Source: Candidatus Woesebacteria bacterium
GTDB taxonomy: Bacteria; Patescibacteriota; Microgenomatia; UBA8517
Assembly: GCA_963716475.1 (NCBI GenBank)
Contig: OY970314.1
Span: 564,790 to 628,789 of the forward strand
Direction: 5' to 3'
DNA: 64,000 nucleotides
Below the pieces are notes generated by a model. That model was not told the DNA's origin. It ran no database searches and worked only from the letters and a program-made list of their open reading frames with translations. The position numbers and the translations under genes were made by a program. Below, piece by piece: positions 18,798 through 28,639 of this stretch (its first letter is position 1; every line of letters starts with the position of its first letter).

Positions 18798-20285
18798 TTA
18801 GGGAGTCCTATTTAGAAGTGTATTTAGGCTCCTTTTAATATCGGCCACCAGGGATAACCCCATCATGGACAGCATCGAAGCAGCATAAATAATTATTCCC
18901 GCGGCGGCAAGAATCATCATTGAGTTTAAACTAACGGGCAAGAACCTCTTCGCAATAATTAGAATTACACCCATAACAAGGGCCCCGATTGCCGGCTTTA
19001 CCATCGAGTCGGTAAGAGAAAAGTTAACATATTTTTTGGCAATAAATATTGCTACTACAGATGAAGCCCCGACTAATGAATAACCGATCGAGGCACCGAT
19101 TACACTAAACTTAAGTGCCAAAACCGGAATAAAAGCCCATGTCAGCACTGTCCACATAATCATCAGATAAAAAGTAATTCTAATTTTACCGATAGCATTC
19201 AACAAGTTTGTTAGTTGAGTAGTTGCAGCAGCAAAAGTAAAGTTTATCGAAACAAAAATAATTGGAATTAGAGCCGGGATCCATTGGTTGTATCTTGGTA
19301 TAATACGAACAAGGATGGGGGCCAAAACCGAAATACCAACCAAGCTTGGAAATACTAGAAGACAGATAAAAAATATTGATCTTGTCACGCTTCTTTCAAG
19401 ATGATCCGGGGCGTCCTGCATTCTGGAAAATGCCGGAAAAGTCACGCGTGTAACCGTATCCATGAAAAAGGTAAGCGGAAATCTGGCTATCTTTTGAGCA
19501 AAGGAAAGTACCCCTACCCCAATTGGCCCTAAAATACCTCCCAAGACGAGAGTCATCCCGTCATCCTTAAAAGTTGCCAGGAAAGTGTTTATTTGGTAGG
19601 GAATCCCGAATTTGAAAAGCCCTGACAGTGTTTTCCTGGAAAAAGCAAGGCCTGGCTTCCAGGGTTGAAGAATATAAATTGTGATAAGTCCTACTACTCC
19701 GCGGGTAAGTACCGCAAATGTAAAACTTTTTAGTCCGAATCCCTTCATAGCAAAAACAACCAGGACAACGTTATAAACCACCTGTTCCAGAATTTGAGGA
19801 AAAGCCAGCTTTACAAATTCGAGTTTCCGTTCCAAAAGCACCGAAGGTATACTTTTTAAAGAGGAGAAAAGCAGCGATGCCGCAAGAGCATACAAAAGTA
19901 TTTGACCATTATGATCAAGAGAATATTTTTGAGAAAAAAACGGAGTCAAGACAACAACAACGGCAATAATGGAAAGCACCAAGACCTGTTGAACGACAAA
20001 GGTTGTTTTTAAGTCCGTTTCTGTGGGTATTTCCTTCTTTTGAATCAGTGCTGCAGCCAAGCCAATATCCGAAAAATAAACAAGAAAATTTATAATTGCA
20101 CTGACAATTGCAAAAACCCCGAATTCATACTTACCCAAGTATGCAAATAAGAAAAGTTGGGCAACAAGTGCAATTACCTGCAGAAGAAAAGTGCGTCCGG
20201 TTAAAATGACAACCCCTCGTACCGAGCGTGCTTTTACGGTTTCCAAAGAAATTTCGCCGGTTGGGTCCATGTGTTCACCTTCCAT
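18798..20285 (-). CDS. Wzx-type oligosaccharide/polysaccharide flippase (MOP superfamily)
   Basis: 495 aa with about 12-14 TM helices. The N-terminal region has the pattern typical of Polysacc_synt proteins (GVVILTGRTFLLQVIALVAQLFLFAYLGKYEFGVFAIV). Confidence 0.75.
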   Translation of the reverse strand: MEGEHMDPTGEISLETVKARSVRGVVILTGRTFLLQVIALVAQLFLFAYLGKYEFGVFAIVSAIINFLVYFSDIGLAAALIQKKEIPTETDLKTTFVVQQVLVLSIIAVVVVLTPFFSQKYSLDHNGQILLYALAASLLFSSLKSIPSVLLERKLEFVKLAFPQILEQVVYNVVLVVFAMKGFGLKSFTFAVLTRGVVGLITIYILQPWKPGLAFSRKTLSGLFKFGIPYQINTFLATFKDDGMTLVLGGILGPIGVGVLSFAQKIARFPLTFFMDTVTRVTFPAFSRMQDAPDHLERSVTRSIFFICLLVFPSLVGISVLAPILVRIIPRYNQWIPALIPIIFVSINFTFAAATTQLTNLLNAIGKIRITFYLMIMWTVLTWAFIPVLALKFSVIGASIGYSLVGASSVVAIFIAKKYVNFSLTDSMVKPAIGALVMGVILIIAKRFLPVSLNSMMILAAAGIIIYAASMLSMMGLSLVADIKRSLNTLLNRTP

Positions 20286-21844
20286 TAGTTTACTTCAAAG
20301 AATAACAGTGCATCCTGCGGACCTTCCTGTTGATATTCTGTTGTTCCCGGAAGACGGGGTTCTTTGGGATATGACTCAATAAGTGTAAGGTTCAGTTTGG
20401 CCGGATCCGCTACTAAACGTGATTTATTGACAATAAAATAGGTCAAATTTCCGGAGAGTTTTGATTCAACCAATGGCTGTGGAACTTTGCTTATTGCCAG
20501 GCCTGTTCCGACTACTATGGTATTTGGCAAGTCCTGAACGTACATAGTAAAACCGTCAGGAAGAGTCCCAAAATATCCTTCGGTACCTACCACAATTTTC
20601 TTCCCGGGATTTTCAATGCGTACATTTCTAACATAATCAGCCGCTTCTTTTATCCCGATTCCCGATGTCCATTCCTGAAAATACCCCATTCGCTCGCGAC
20701 TGGGAAAATTAGCTTTCTCCGGATTTGTTACCAAAAACCAATCAAATATTCCGGCTTGGACTATAAATACTATAAAGGCCAAAACTGTTACATATTTCCA
20801 TTTTCCTGCCAAACCGGCAAAAGCTCCGGCAGCAAATACATAAAGAGGCGGAACCAAAAATAGAATATATCTTAATGTAAAACTTTTAGTATACTCGGCC
20901 TCGAACAGGAGTGGTGCCAAAAACCAAGCTCCGAGTATCAGAATGTATTTTCTATACTTTTTGAAATTTATTATTATTCCGATAGCTGCCAAAAGCATTA
21001 GACCAAAAGGCCCCATTGCCGTTAACCAACTGAGCGTGGTCGGAAGATTGTAACGGATGGGATCCGTCGGATTGGTCAAAATTCTTGAAAGCGGGAATAC
21101 ATAATCCCCGGTACGGGAAGAAAGAAGACTGAAATTCGGCCCCAGTCTCTGAATGTTATACATTCCAAATGCAATAAAATAAATTACCATTAAAAGCCCT
21201 GCGTATTTTAATATATTTTTCGGCTTTTTAAGTAGAATTACGGCCACGGGTATAAGAGCAGCGAAAAAAAGCGCCGGTGATTTGGTTAAAGACGCCAGGC
21301 CCAAGCTAAAACCCGTGATCATGGCCAGATCGAGACGTAAAGAATCGGCGGTAATGAGACTTAAGTAAAGTGTCCATATACCCAAGCAGGTCAGAAGTGA
21401 ATCGACAAGAGCCATCCTGTCAAAAAAGAGAGATAGAGGTGAGAGTGCCCAGAGGATTGAGGCGAAAAGCGCAGCCAATTTTGACTTAAAAATATAGTAA
21501 GTCAAAAGGAACAAGCCGATCATACTCCCAATTCCTGAGACGGCAGAAAGTAGTCTGCCTGCAAAAAGCGGGTCCGAAAGCCTTTTGACATAAAACATCA
21601 GGATCCACATAAAAAGAGGCTGTTTACCGTCAGATAGCGGCAAAAATCTTAACGTGGGTTCCGAAACCATAATTTGACTCCAACGTATGTATATGGCCTC
21701 ATCCGCAAACACCGGAATAATAGTCAGGTGAAAAAGCCTAAGTGCAAATCCGGCAAGAAGAATCCCCAATCCGGCCAGAACAACCCACCCCCACCCTTTC
21801 CAAAATTTCTGCATTCCTTCCGATATTATCTCACACCCTCCCAA
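20285..21844 (-). CDS. GT39/ArnT-like polytopic membrane glycosyltransferase
   Basis: First-loop motif IPVFADEAIYIRWSQ is the DE motif of ArnT/Pmt enzymes. 519 aa with a C-terminal soluble domain. An alternative start is MQKFWKG at about 21814. Confidence 0.75.
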   Translation of the reverse strand: MGGCEIISEGMQKFWKGWGWVVLAGLGILLAGFALRLFHLTIIPVFADEAIYIRWSQIMVSEPTLRFLPLSDGKQPLFMWILMFYVKRLSDPLFAGRLLSAVSGIGSMIGLFLLTYYIFKSKLAALFASILWALSPLSLFFDRMALVDSLLTCLGIWTLYLSLITADSLRLDLAMITGFSLGLASLTKSPALFFAALIPVAVILLKKPKNILKYAGLLMVIYFIAFGMYNIQRLGPNFSLLSSRTGDYVFPLSRILTNPTDPIRYNLPTTLSWLTAMGPFGLMLLAAIGIIINFKKYRKYILILGAWFLAPLLFEAEYTKSFTLRYILFLVPPLYVFAAGAFAGLAGKWKYVTVLAFIVFIVQAGIFDWFLVTNPEKANFPSRERMGYFQEWTSGIGIKEAADYVRNVRIENPGKKIVVGTEGYFGTLPDGFTMYVQDLPNTIVVGTGLAISKVPQPLVESKLSGNLTYFIVNKSRLVADPAKLNLTLIESYPKEPRLPGTTEYQQEGPQDALLFFEVN

Positions 21845-23229
21845 AGCAAGCCAACCCCATCAAAATCCCTTATAGCTTCAATTCCCTTGTATCCGGGAGG
21901 CACAACGATCGTAAAAATTTGCCTTTGATTTTTCAGAGGAGGCAAATCCGGCGTGGCACCGTAATAATTGAATAAAAACGGGTAACCAAATCCGTAACCA
22001 GGTTGAACACTCAGGGAGACTCCGTACCCCGATTTTCCGCCCATTTGAATAATCGTTTGAACGGCTTGCTCTTTTGCCCAAAGGTTCATCGGTTTTACGT
22101 GTATTTTCCAGGCTGCAATGTTAATAAATATCAGAAAAATAATAACTGCCAGAGTTACCACATCATATTTTTTGATTTTCTCAAAAACATAGCCGGATAA
22201 AATTATAAATGACGGAAGGGCTGACATTAAATAGTATTCCGAAAAATTAGATCTGTAAAAAAGGAAGAAAATGAAAGGGACAAAAAGAAAAAGCAGCGAG
22301 AGGGCCAACACCTTTCTATATTTAATTTCTTTCACTATTCCGACTACACAAGCTAAAATTGTTGCGACGAATATAACAATACGAAAAGCCACCGGGAAAA
22401 ACATGTAATAAAAACTGGCTGAGTTCGAGATTAAAGTCATAATAATCTTGCTTATGGGCGGGGCCAGCCCTGTTATAACAAGTCTAAATACTGAAAATAG
22501 TCTTCCAAAATTCACGAAACTGTGGGTCACATCAAAGACAATACTCGTTAGAAAACCTACAATCACTATCAATAGGGAGTAAAAAATCCATTTCCCGTCA
22601 AACTTAGGCTTAAACATTAACCAGTAGACAAGGGCTGCCGGAGGAAGAAGAAAAATCGCAAAATGTGCCTGAAATCCAATAACAAACCCCAAAAATGAAA
22701 CAAAAATCCCAAAAGGTTCTTTATCTGATATATAAACCCCATAAATAACCAAAAGTTCGGCAATATAAAAAAGCGATGGGGCCCAGGGACTTTGATCCCA
22801 AGTTATTAATGTTAAGGAAATGGTACTGAGGAGACTAAGTATCAGAGCGGTTTTTTCTGAATAGAACTTCCGGGTGAAGAAATATATCAAAAAAATAAAA
22901 CCTGCTCCCAAAAATACTGAGGTATAAGCACCGGCAATCGGATTACCGTTTGTGAAAATTGCGGATAGTCCCCAAAGATAGGTAAACCCCGGACCTATCG
23001 AATATCCTCCGAGACTTGTTTTTGGCCCTAAAAGTACCGGATGTCCTGATAAAAGATCTTTTGCCCTACCCGCAATTTCTTCCTGGTCCGCATCAAATGG
23101 AGTTCTTGTCTCTAATTTGTAAAGGCGCAAGAAAAGCGCAAGGAGGACTACCAAAATGATAGGTACAAATTTCACCAATTTATGAAGAAGTCGATTTAGA
23201 TTTGGGTTCCCCATGTCCGCCTCCGTCAA
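21826..23229 (-). CDS. ArnT-like GT-C polytopic membrane glycosyltransferase
   Basis: 467 aa. N-terminal pattern LRLYKLETRTPFDADQEEIAGRAKDLLSGHP. TM topology like the neighbouring GT39 paralogs. Confidence 0.65.
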   Translation of the reverse strand: MTEADMGNPNLNRLLHKLVKFVPIILVVLLALFLRLYKLETRTPFDADQEEIAGRAKDLLSGHPVLLGPKTSLGGYSIGPGFTYLWGLSAIFTNGNPIAGAYTSVFLGAGFIFLIYFFTRKFYSEKTALILSLLSTISLTLITWDQSPWAPSLFYIAELLVIYGVYISDKEPFGIFVSFLGFVIGFQAHFAIFLLPPAALVYWLMFKPKFDGKWIFYSLLIVIVGFLTSIVFDVTHSFVNFGRLFSVFRLVITGLAPPISKIIMTLISNSASFYYMFFPVAFRIVIFVATILACVVGIVKEIKYRKVLALSLLFLFVPFIFFLFYRSNFSEYYLMSALPSFIILSGYVFEKIKKYDVVTLAVIIFLIFINIAAWKIHVKPMNLWAKEQAVQTIIQMGGKSGYGVSLSVQPGYGFGYPFLFNYYGATPDLPPLKNQRQIFTIVVPPGYKGIEAIRDFDGVGLLWEGVR

Positions 23230-23242
23230 ATTCTAGCACATC

Positions 23243-24043
23243 TTAGACCCCGTATTTATTTTGAAGCGCATTCAGACGAACCATAATAAGACCACGAAAC
23301 CCTTCAATGGAATCCTTTATAGGATCTACTTTTGTCCCCTCTTTATGGTGCCAATCAACCGGAACTTCTGCAATTTTATATCCTAACTTTCGGGCAACAT
23401 AGAGAACTTCCAAATCAAATCCCGCTGTTACAGACGCACCTATATTTTTATTATTTGCGTCAAATATTTTAAGACGTTTGAATATTTCGTTTGCAGCCCC
23501 CCTCGTAAAAGCTTTGAAACCGCACTGTGTATCGTTAAAGGGAAGTCTGAGAATTAGAAGACGCAGGAAAGAAAACCCGGTAGCCATAATTTTTCGGATT
23601 ATCGGAGCCCCCTCCCTGCCATGACGTGAGCCGATTACGACGTCAAAGCCCTCTTTAAACTTGGGTAAAATCTTTGCCAGCTGGTCAATCGGTGTTGCCT
23701 GATCGGTATCTGTGAATAAAACTATTTCACCTTGGGCTTTCATAACCCCCGCGGTTACGGTTCCGCCTTTGCCACGGTGCGGCTCCCTTAAAATCTTAAA
23801 CTGTGGGTGTGTTTTAGCAAATTCTTCCGCAGTACTTGCAGTTTTGTCAGTTGAGCCATCATCAACAAACAAGATTTCCCAAGAATAATTCTGTTTCTCT
23901 AAATAATCGTAAACCGAGTCCAACACTCCTGTTCGGAGATTGTATTCTTCGTTAAATGCAGGTATAACAACGCTAAGAAATGTTTTCATTTTTTCTGCCA
24001 TACTTTCTGGCTGCAGTAAGAACTTTATCCACCGCCTGGTCAA
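23243..24043 (-). CDS. polyprenyl-phosphate hexosyltransferase, Dpm1/GtrB/ArnC-like GT2
   Basis: Motifs LSVVIPAFNEEYNL, ILFVDDGSTDKT, LFTDTDQATP and VIGSR. The true start is probably MAEKMK or MKTFLSVV, which reduces overlap with nrnA. Confidence 0.8.
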   Translation of the reverse strand: MTRRWIKFLLQPESMAEKMKTFLSVVIPAFNEEYNLRTGVLDSVYDYLEKQNYSWEILFVDDGSTDKTASTAEEFAKTHPQFKILREPHRGKGGTVTAGVMKAQGEIVLFTDTDQATPIDQLAKILPKFKEGFDVVIGSRHGREGAPIIRKIMATGFSFLRLLILRLPFNDTQCGFKAFTRGAANEIFKRLKIFDANNKNIGASVTAGFDLEVLYVARKLGYKIAEVPVDWHHKEGTKVDPIKDSIEGFRGLIMVRLNALQNKYGV

Positions 24044-24968
24044 ACGGCAAACCTTCTATTCTTGCGCCGGCGGCTGCTTTATGGCCGCCTCCGCCCACCT
24101 CCTGGGCTATCTGGGATACGTCAAAACCGGAACGGGATCTAAAACTCACGGAAAGAACTCCATTGTTTGTCTCCACCATAACTATTCCAAAATCGGTATC
24201 CTTAACAATCGGGAAAAACAGATTGGCGACATCCTCTTTAGCATATGGGTATTCTCCAAAATCTTTATAAGTAGCAAGCGAGATCGCAGACCAGACAAAG
24301 CCGTCCTCAATCTTCATACTTTCGATAAATTTGCCCCACATTTTTACTTCCTTATAATCGATATTTCTATAGATGTTAAAAATTATTTTATCTTTATCGG
24401 CTCCCGCATCCATAAGGGACGCTGCAATTCTAAGTGTTCCCTGGCCAACGTTCTGATATTGAAAAGATCCGGTGTCACCAATTATTCCGGTCAAAAGACA
24501 TTCTGCTGTCACCCGATCAATTTTTACATCCCAATCTTCAAAAATTTTGAATAAGAGCTCTCCCGTTGAGGTAGTTTTTGCGTCTATTAAATTAATTTTT
24601 CCAAACTTTTCACTTGAATAATGATGATCAATCATAATTGTATTAATGCTGGGTTTGTTATTATCCTTTAACCCCGTTACCATTGAATATGTTGAAGAGT
24701 CGATTGCGAGAAATAAGTCAAACTCCGAAAAATCGAAAGTTGAAAAATTAACCCTTTTAATTAAGTCCGCGCCGCTAAGAAATTTTAAATCCGCCGGAAC
24801 ATCACTTGGGCATACTATCTTAACTTCTTTACCCAAATTTCTAAGCACCCCGGAAAGTGCCAAGGCGCTTCCAACAGAATCCGAATCCGGACCCCGATGA
24901 CAATTAACCAGGATCTTATTGGCTTTCTTTATTTTCTCCAGTATTTTTGCAGATTCTTTGTAATTCAT
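23973..24968 (-). CDS. nrnA: DHH-DHHA1 phosphoesterase, NrnA-like bifunctional oligoribonuclease/pAp phosphatase
   Basis: DHH domain motifs NCHRGPDSDSVGSALAL and IMIDHH. The DHHA1 motif GGGGHKAAAGA is near the C-terminus. Confidence 0.8.
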   Translation of the reverse strand: MNYKESAKILEKIKKANKILVNCHRGPDSDSVGSALALSGVLRNLGKEVKIVCPSDVPADLKFLSGADLIKRVNFSTFDFSEFDLFLAIDSSTYSMVTGLKDNNKPSINTIMIDHHYSSEKFGKINLIDAKTTSTGELLFKIFEDWDVKIDRVTAECLLTGIIGDTGSFQYQNVGQGTLRIAASLMDAGADKDKIIFNIYRNIDYKEVKMWGKFIESMKIEDGFVWSAISLATYKDFGEYPYAKEDVANLFFPIVKDTDFGIVMVETNNGVLSVSFRSRSGFDVSQIAQEVGGGGHKAAAGARIEGLPFDQAVDKVLTAARKYGRKNENIS

Positions 24969-24974
24969 CGCAAC

Positions 24975-26489
24975 TTATTTTGTGTGTCCGAGCTTAAAAA
25001 GCGTACCGCCCCAAACCGGCCACTCGTCAACTATTTTAGTCCATCCGAAATTGGTAATCCAGGCAGAAGAGTTATGGGTTGGGTCACATTTTTCTATCGG
25101 CAATTCGCAGACAACAAAAAGCTGATCAGTTATTGTAAACGCAAGGGAGGAGGGATCAGTATCGACAACTTTGGCCCCCCAAAGAACAAGAAAATATTGA
25201 TAAACATCCCGATTATTAAGGTCTGAGATTGTAGCCAAATTAAATTTTTCTCCGTTCGCTTTTTCCTGTATTACCTTTGCTACCGAGATAGCCCTCTGCA
25301 TTTGATAAGTGGGGTCTGATAAAACCGGGGAGTTGATGATATTAACAACCACTAATAATAAAAGGTAGACTCCAAACATTAAAAATATGATCTTCGATTT
25401 TCTCAGGTTTTCTGCTACCGCGCCGATAAGCAAAAACGGAGCCGGGAAAAGAAAACCCAAGTAATGATCGAAGACCGGATTTTTATATACAGAAATTCCT
25501 GCCAGTCCAATAAGTAACCAGAGAACCACTAAACCTAATGGACTTTTAAACTTTTTGTTCATGATCACCCAAACCAAAACCGATAAAAATAACGCCAAAG
25601 TAACTACGCTTAGATATAAATTTTTAGCAGAAACTAAATTTGATGCAATCATAAATGCGGTTGAGCCGGATTTTGACAAAGAAGCACCTAGCGAAAACCC
25701 TATATCTTTTCTACTAGTCACAAGCGCTTCAATCGCGTGGACATTTGTCCCTCCGTGTCGGATATCGAAAATCAGTAGTGGTGACATTAAAATTAGGAAA
25801 AGCAAGATTCCAATCAAGGAATTTTTTATGAGGTTCTTCTTCATGTTGGTCTTCCTTATATTGATAAACGTCAAAAGCCAAAATACAAATAAAGTCGGCG
25901 CAAGCAATAAACCTAGGTAGTGGGATTGCAAAACAAACGCAAACGAAATCCCCAAAACGACTAGCCACTTAAATTTATTTTCCTTCCAAACTTTCCAGAT
26001 CGAATAAATTGAGAGAAGAGCAAAGAAAGGCATTATGTTCGGATTCCAAGAAGATTTGGAATAAACAATAATTATTGGAGAAATCGCATATAGTCCCGCA
26101 GCAACCAGACCTCCTAGCTTCCCAAACCACATCCTACCTGTCCACCAAACAAAGGCCACGGTGAGAATTCCCAAAACAGCTACCTGCACAGCCGGTCCTA
26201 CCGGAGAAAAGTTAGCAATAAGGAGTGCCGGAGCCATCATGTAGTAATAGAGGGGCCCCAAATACATATTACCGACAGATGTGCCGGGACCGATAAGCGG
26301 AGGGTGAAACTCGGTCAGAAACCTTCTGACAACAATAACGTCGCGGCCTTCATCTCCCAAAAATGTCATGTATTGATCGATCTTGTACAATCGGCAAAAG
26401 GCACCGATTACAATAATTGCCAACAATATCCAAAACTCCACAGGATTTTTCTTAATCCAATTTTTTAAATTTAGTGTAATTTTTTCCAC
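24975..26489 (-). CDS. GT39/ArnT-like polytopic membrane glycosyltransferase
   Basis: First-loop motif YMTFLGDEGRDVIVVRRF is the DE motif. 504 aa with ArnT-like topology. Confidence 0.75.
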   Translation of the reverse strand: MEKITLNLKNWIKKNPVEFWILLAIIVIGAFCRLYKIDQYMTFLGDEGRDVIVVRRFLTEFHPPLIGPGTSVGNMYLGPLYYYMMAPALLIANFSPVGPAVQVAVLGILTVAFVWWTGRMWFGKLGGLVAAGLYAISPIIIVYSKSSWNPNIMPFFALLSIYSIWKVWKENKFKWLVVLGISFAFVLQSHYLGLLLAPTLFVFWLLTFINIRKTNMKKNLIKNSLIGILLFLILMSPLLIFDIRHGGTNVHAIEALVTSRKDIGFSLGASLSKSGSTAFMIASNLVSAKNLYLSVVTLALFLSVLVWVIMNKKFKSPLGLVVLWLLIGLAGISVYKNPVFDHYLGFLFPAPFLLIGAVAENLRKSKIIFLMFGVYLLLLVVVNIINSPVLSDPTYQMQRAISVAKVIQEKANGEKFNLATISDLNNRDVYQYFLVLWGAKVVDTDPSSLAFTITDQLFVVCELPIEKCDPTHNSSAWITNFGWTKIVDEWPVWGGTLFKLGHTK

Positions 26490-27187
26490 AATCGTAAAAG
26501 ATCGACGAAGCTCTTAATTATGACATTCAGGTTTCTACCCGTTCCAGTACCTTTCAGCCTCGGATAATGTGTCACGGGTATTTCCACAATTTTAAAACCC
26601 GCCCGTTTTGCCTTTATAAGAAGTTCGCTGCTGACAAACGCTCCTCTTTGACTCTCCAGGTGCGGAATTGTGTCAACTACTTTTTTGGAAATTAGCTTAA
26701 ATCCACAATCAATATCACGTACTTTCAAGCCAAAAAGTGCAAAAACCGTCAGTTCCCAGAGCTTACTTGTCATCTTTTTAAAAACTGAAACTTGCCTTTT
26801 CTTGTAATACCCTATTACAAGGTCTGCGCCTGTTTCCTGACGCTTTGCAATAAAGTCCGTAATTTCGGCAAAATTGAACTGCCCATCCGAATCCATAAAG
26901 GCGATCCACGAATATTTACTTTCATATAAGCCGGAGGATATAGAAGCGCCGTACCCTTCATTTGCCCCGTGTGTTATAACGCGGATTCTTTTTTCCGACT
27001 CTGCCAGTTTATCAATCATTTCAGCTGATCCGTCGGTCGACCCGTCATTAACGATAATCAGCTCCCACTCAGCTGCCACATCCTGAAGCACTTTCTCTAT
27101 TGCCAAAACAACACTCTCAATATTTTCTTCTTCATTAAATATAGGTAGAAAAACCGAAAGTTCATCAATTATCTTAGCCACAAGCAC
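26471..27187 (-). CDS. polyprenyl-phosphate hexosyltransferase, Dpm1/GtrB/ArnC-like GT2
   Basis: Motifs LSVFLPIFNEEENI, IIVNDGSTDGS and FMDSDGQF. Confidence 0.8.
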   Translation of the reverse strand: MLVAKIIDELSVFLPIFNEEENIESVVLAIEKVLQDVAAEWELIIVNDGSTDGSAEMIDKLAESEKRIRVITHGANEGYGASISSGLYESKYSWIAFMDSDGQFNFAEITDFIAKRQETGADLVIGYYKKRQVSVFKKMTSKLWELTVFALFGLKVRDIDCGFKLISKKVVDTIPHLESQRGAFVSSELLIKAKRAGFKIVEIPVTHYPRLKGTGTGRNLNVIIKSFVDLLRLWKKLH

Positions 27188-27231
27188 AAGTCTAGCATAT
27201 TACGCCTACGTCGTGCTAATATCTAAGGTAC

Positions 27232-28392
27232 ATGAAAGGAGTGCTCAAAGGGTTTGCTGTTGCTGCCGTTTTATCGATTGTTCCGACACTTTTGATCTGG
27301 CTTCCTTTTTTCCTCCGAATAAGCAACTTTTGGAGTATTCCTCTTCCTCAAAACGGAATGGCTACGATAGTGGCTAATTATGACGGACCGCTTTATTTAG
27401 TTGCTGCAAAAACTCTTTACAGCAAAACGCAAATCGCTGCGAACTTTCAATTTCCCCTGCCTACTGAATATTACACAGCCCATTTCCCCCTATTCCCGCT
27501 TCTAATAAAATTTTTCGGTTTAGTAATTAATTACCCCTATGCAATGTTAATTGTAACGGCGCTATCTTCGATTTTGGCAATCTACTTCTTCATGAAATTA
27601 ATTTCACTTTACGTCGAAAGAAAGGATATTTTATTCCTAACCTTTCTTTTTTCAATTTTCCCGGCAAGGTGGCTTATCGTCAGGTCCGTCGGATCGGCCG
27701 ACCCGCTTTTTGTGGCTTCAATAATCGCTTCTCTCTACTATTTCAAAAATAAAAAATACTGGCTAGCCGGAATCTGGGGTGCCGTTGCCCAGATTACCAA
27801 GTCTCCGGGAATTCTGCTTTTTGTATCCTACCTAGTTTTTCTGTTAATTCCGATTATCAAAAATAAAGTATTTTTACCTGCCAGTAAATGGATCGAAAAT
27901 CTCAATCTTAGGAAGACCTTCCCGATCCTCCTAATTCCTCTTAGCCTTGTCGTTGTTTTCGGATTTTATAAAATCGTCCAGGGAGATTTTTGGGCATATT
28001 TCCATTCCGGTGATAATATCCATTTGGGCTTTCCACCGTTCCAAATATTTAATTTCTCAGCTCCCTGGGTGGGCACTTTCTGGTTGGAGGAAATAATTTT
28101 TGTTTATTTACTGGGGGCTATCGGAGTCTACAAGCTTTTTCAAAAGAAAGAGTTTGAGCTTGCTACGTTTGGTTCAATATTTTTTATACTTACGCTTTTT
28201 ATTGCACACCGTGATTTAATAAGATATTCACTTCCTTTGATTCCGTTTTTATTTGTGGCTTTTTCCGATACGTTGATAAAAAAGGAATTTAAAATCGGAC
28301 TTGCCGTAATTATTATTCCGATTTATTTATATTCTCTGGCATTCATTTCCCAGAATGTAATGCCCATATCCAATTGGGCACCCTTCCTGTAA
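27232..28392 (+). CDS. polytopic membrane protein, possible GT-C glycosyltransferase (unclassified)
   Basis: 386 aa with at least 10 hydrophobic helices. It is transcribed divergently from a Dpm1-like gene across a 44-nt gap. No diagnostic motif recognised. Confidence 0.45.
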   Translation: MKGVLKGFAVAAVLSIVPTLLIWLPFFLRISNFWSIPLPQNGMATIVANYDGPLYLVAAKTLYSKTQIAANFQFPLPTEYYTAHFPLFPLLIKFFGLVINYPYAMLIVTALSSILAIYFFMKLISLYVERKDILFLTFLFSIFPARWLIVRSVGSADPLFVASIIASLYYFKNKKYWLAGIWGAVAQITKSPGILLFVSYLVFLLIPIIKNKVFLPASKWIENLNLRKTFPILLIPLSLVVVFGFYKIVQGDFWAYFHSGDNIHLGFPPFQIFNFSAPWVGTFWLEEIIFVYLLGAIGVYKLFQKKEFELATFGSIFFILTLFIAHRDLIRYSLPLIPFLFVAFSDTLIKKEFKIGLAVIIIPIYLYSLAFISQNVMPISNWAPFL

Positions 28393-28432
28393 GCCAGCGT
28401 GGGTTTTTGTCATAACTTCAGACTAATCTATT

Positions 28433-28639
28433 ATGAGTACGGAAGCACCGCGTCACTGGAGGCTAAATCAACAAAGATATAATCTCGTCGGAGAAATGTG
28501 CCCGCACTGCGAAACTAAAATGTTCCCGCCGAGAGAAATTTGTAATAGTTGTGGAGAACCGATAAAAGGGGTTGGAGAAGAAGTGCAAACCGGTATCAGG
28601 ATTTCTTTGCCCACGGAAGTTTCCACGTCTTCCAAATAA
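28433..28639 (+). CDS. small zinc-ribbon protein (CPHC...CNSC), DUF35-like N-terminal ribbon without an OB domain
   Basis: 68 aa with motif CPHCETKMFPPREICNSCG. Its 3' end overlaps the convergent GT2-GtrA gene by about 44 nt. Confidence 0.4.
   Translation: MSTEAPRHWRLNQQRYNLVGEMCPHCETKMFPPREICNSCGEPIKGVGEEVQTGIRISLPTEVSTSSK

Noticed and set aside
23940-24554. 204-aa plus-strand ORF
   Set aside because: It lies entirely antisense to the well-supported nrnA and Dpm1-like genes and has low-complexity composition. It is a shadow ORF.
27188-27231. Short palindrome TAGCA-N16-TGCTA in the divergent gap, as a possible operator
   Set aside because: Only 5-bp arms are present, which is expected by chance in AT-rich DNA.
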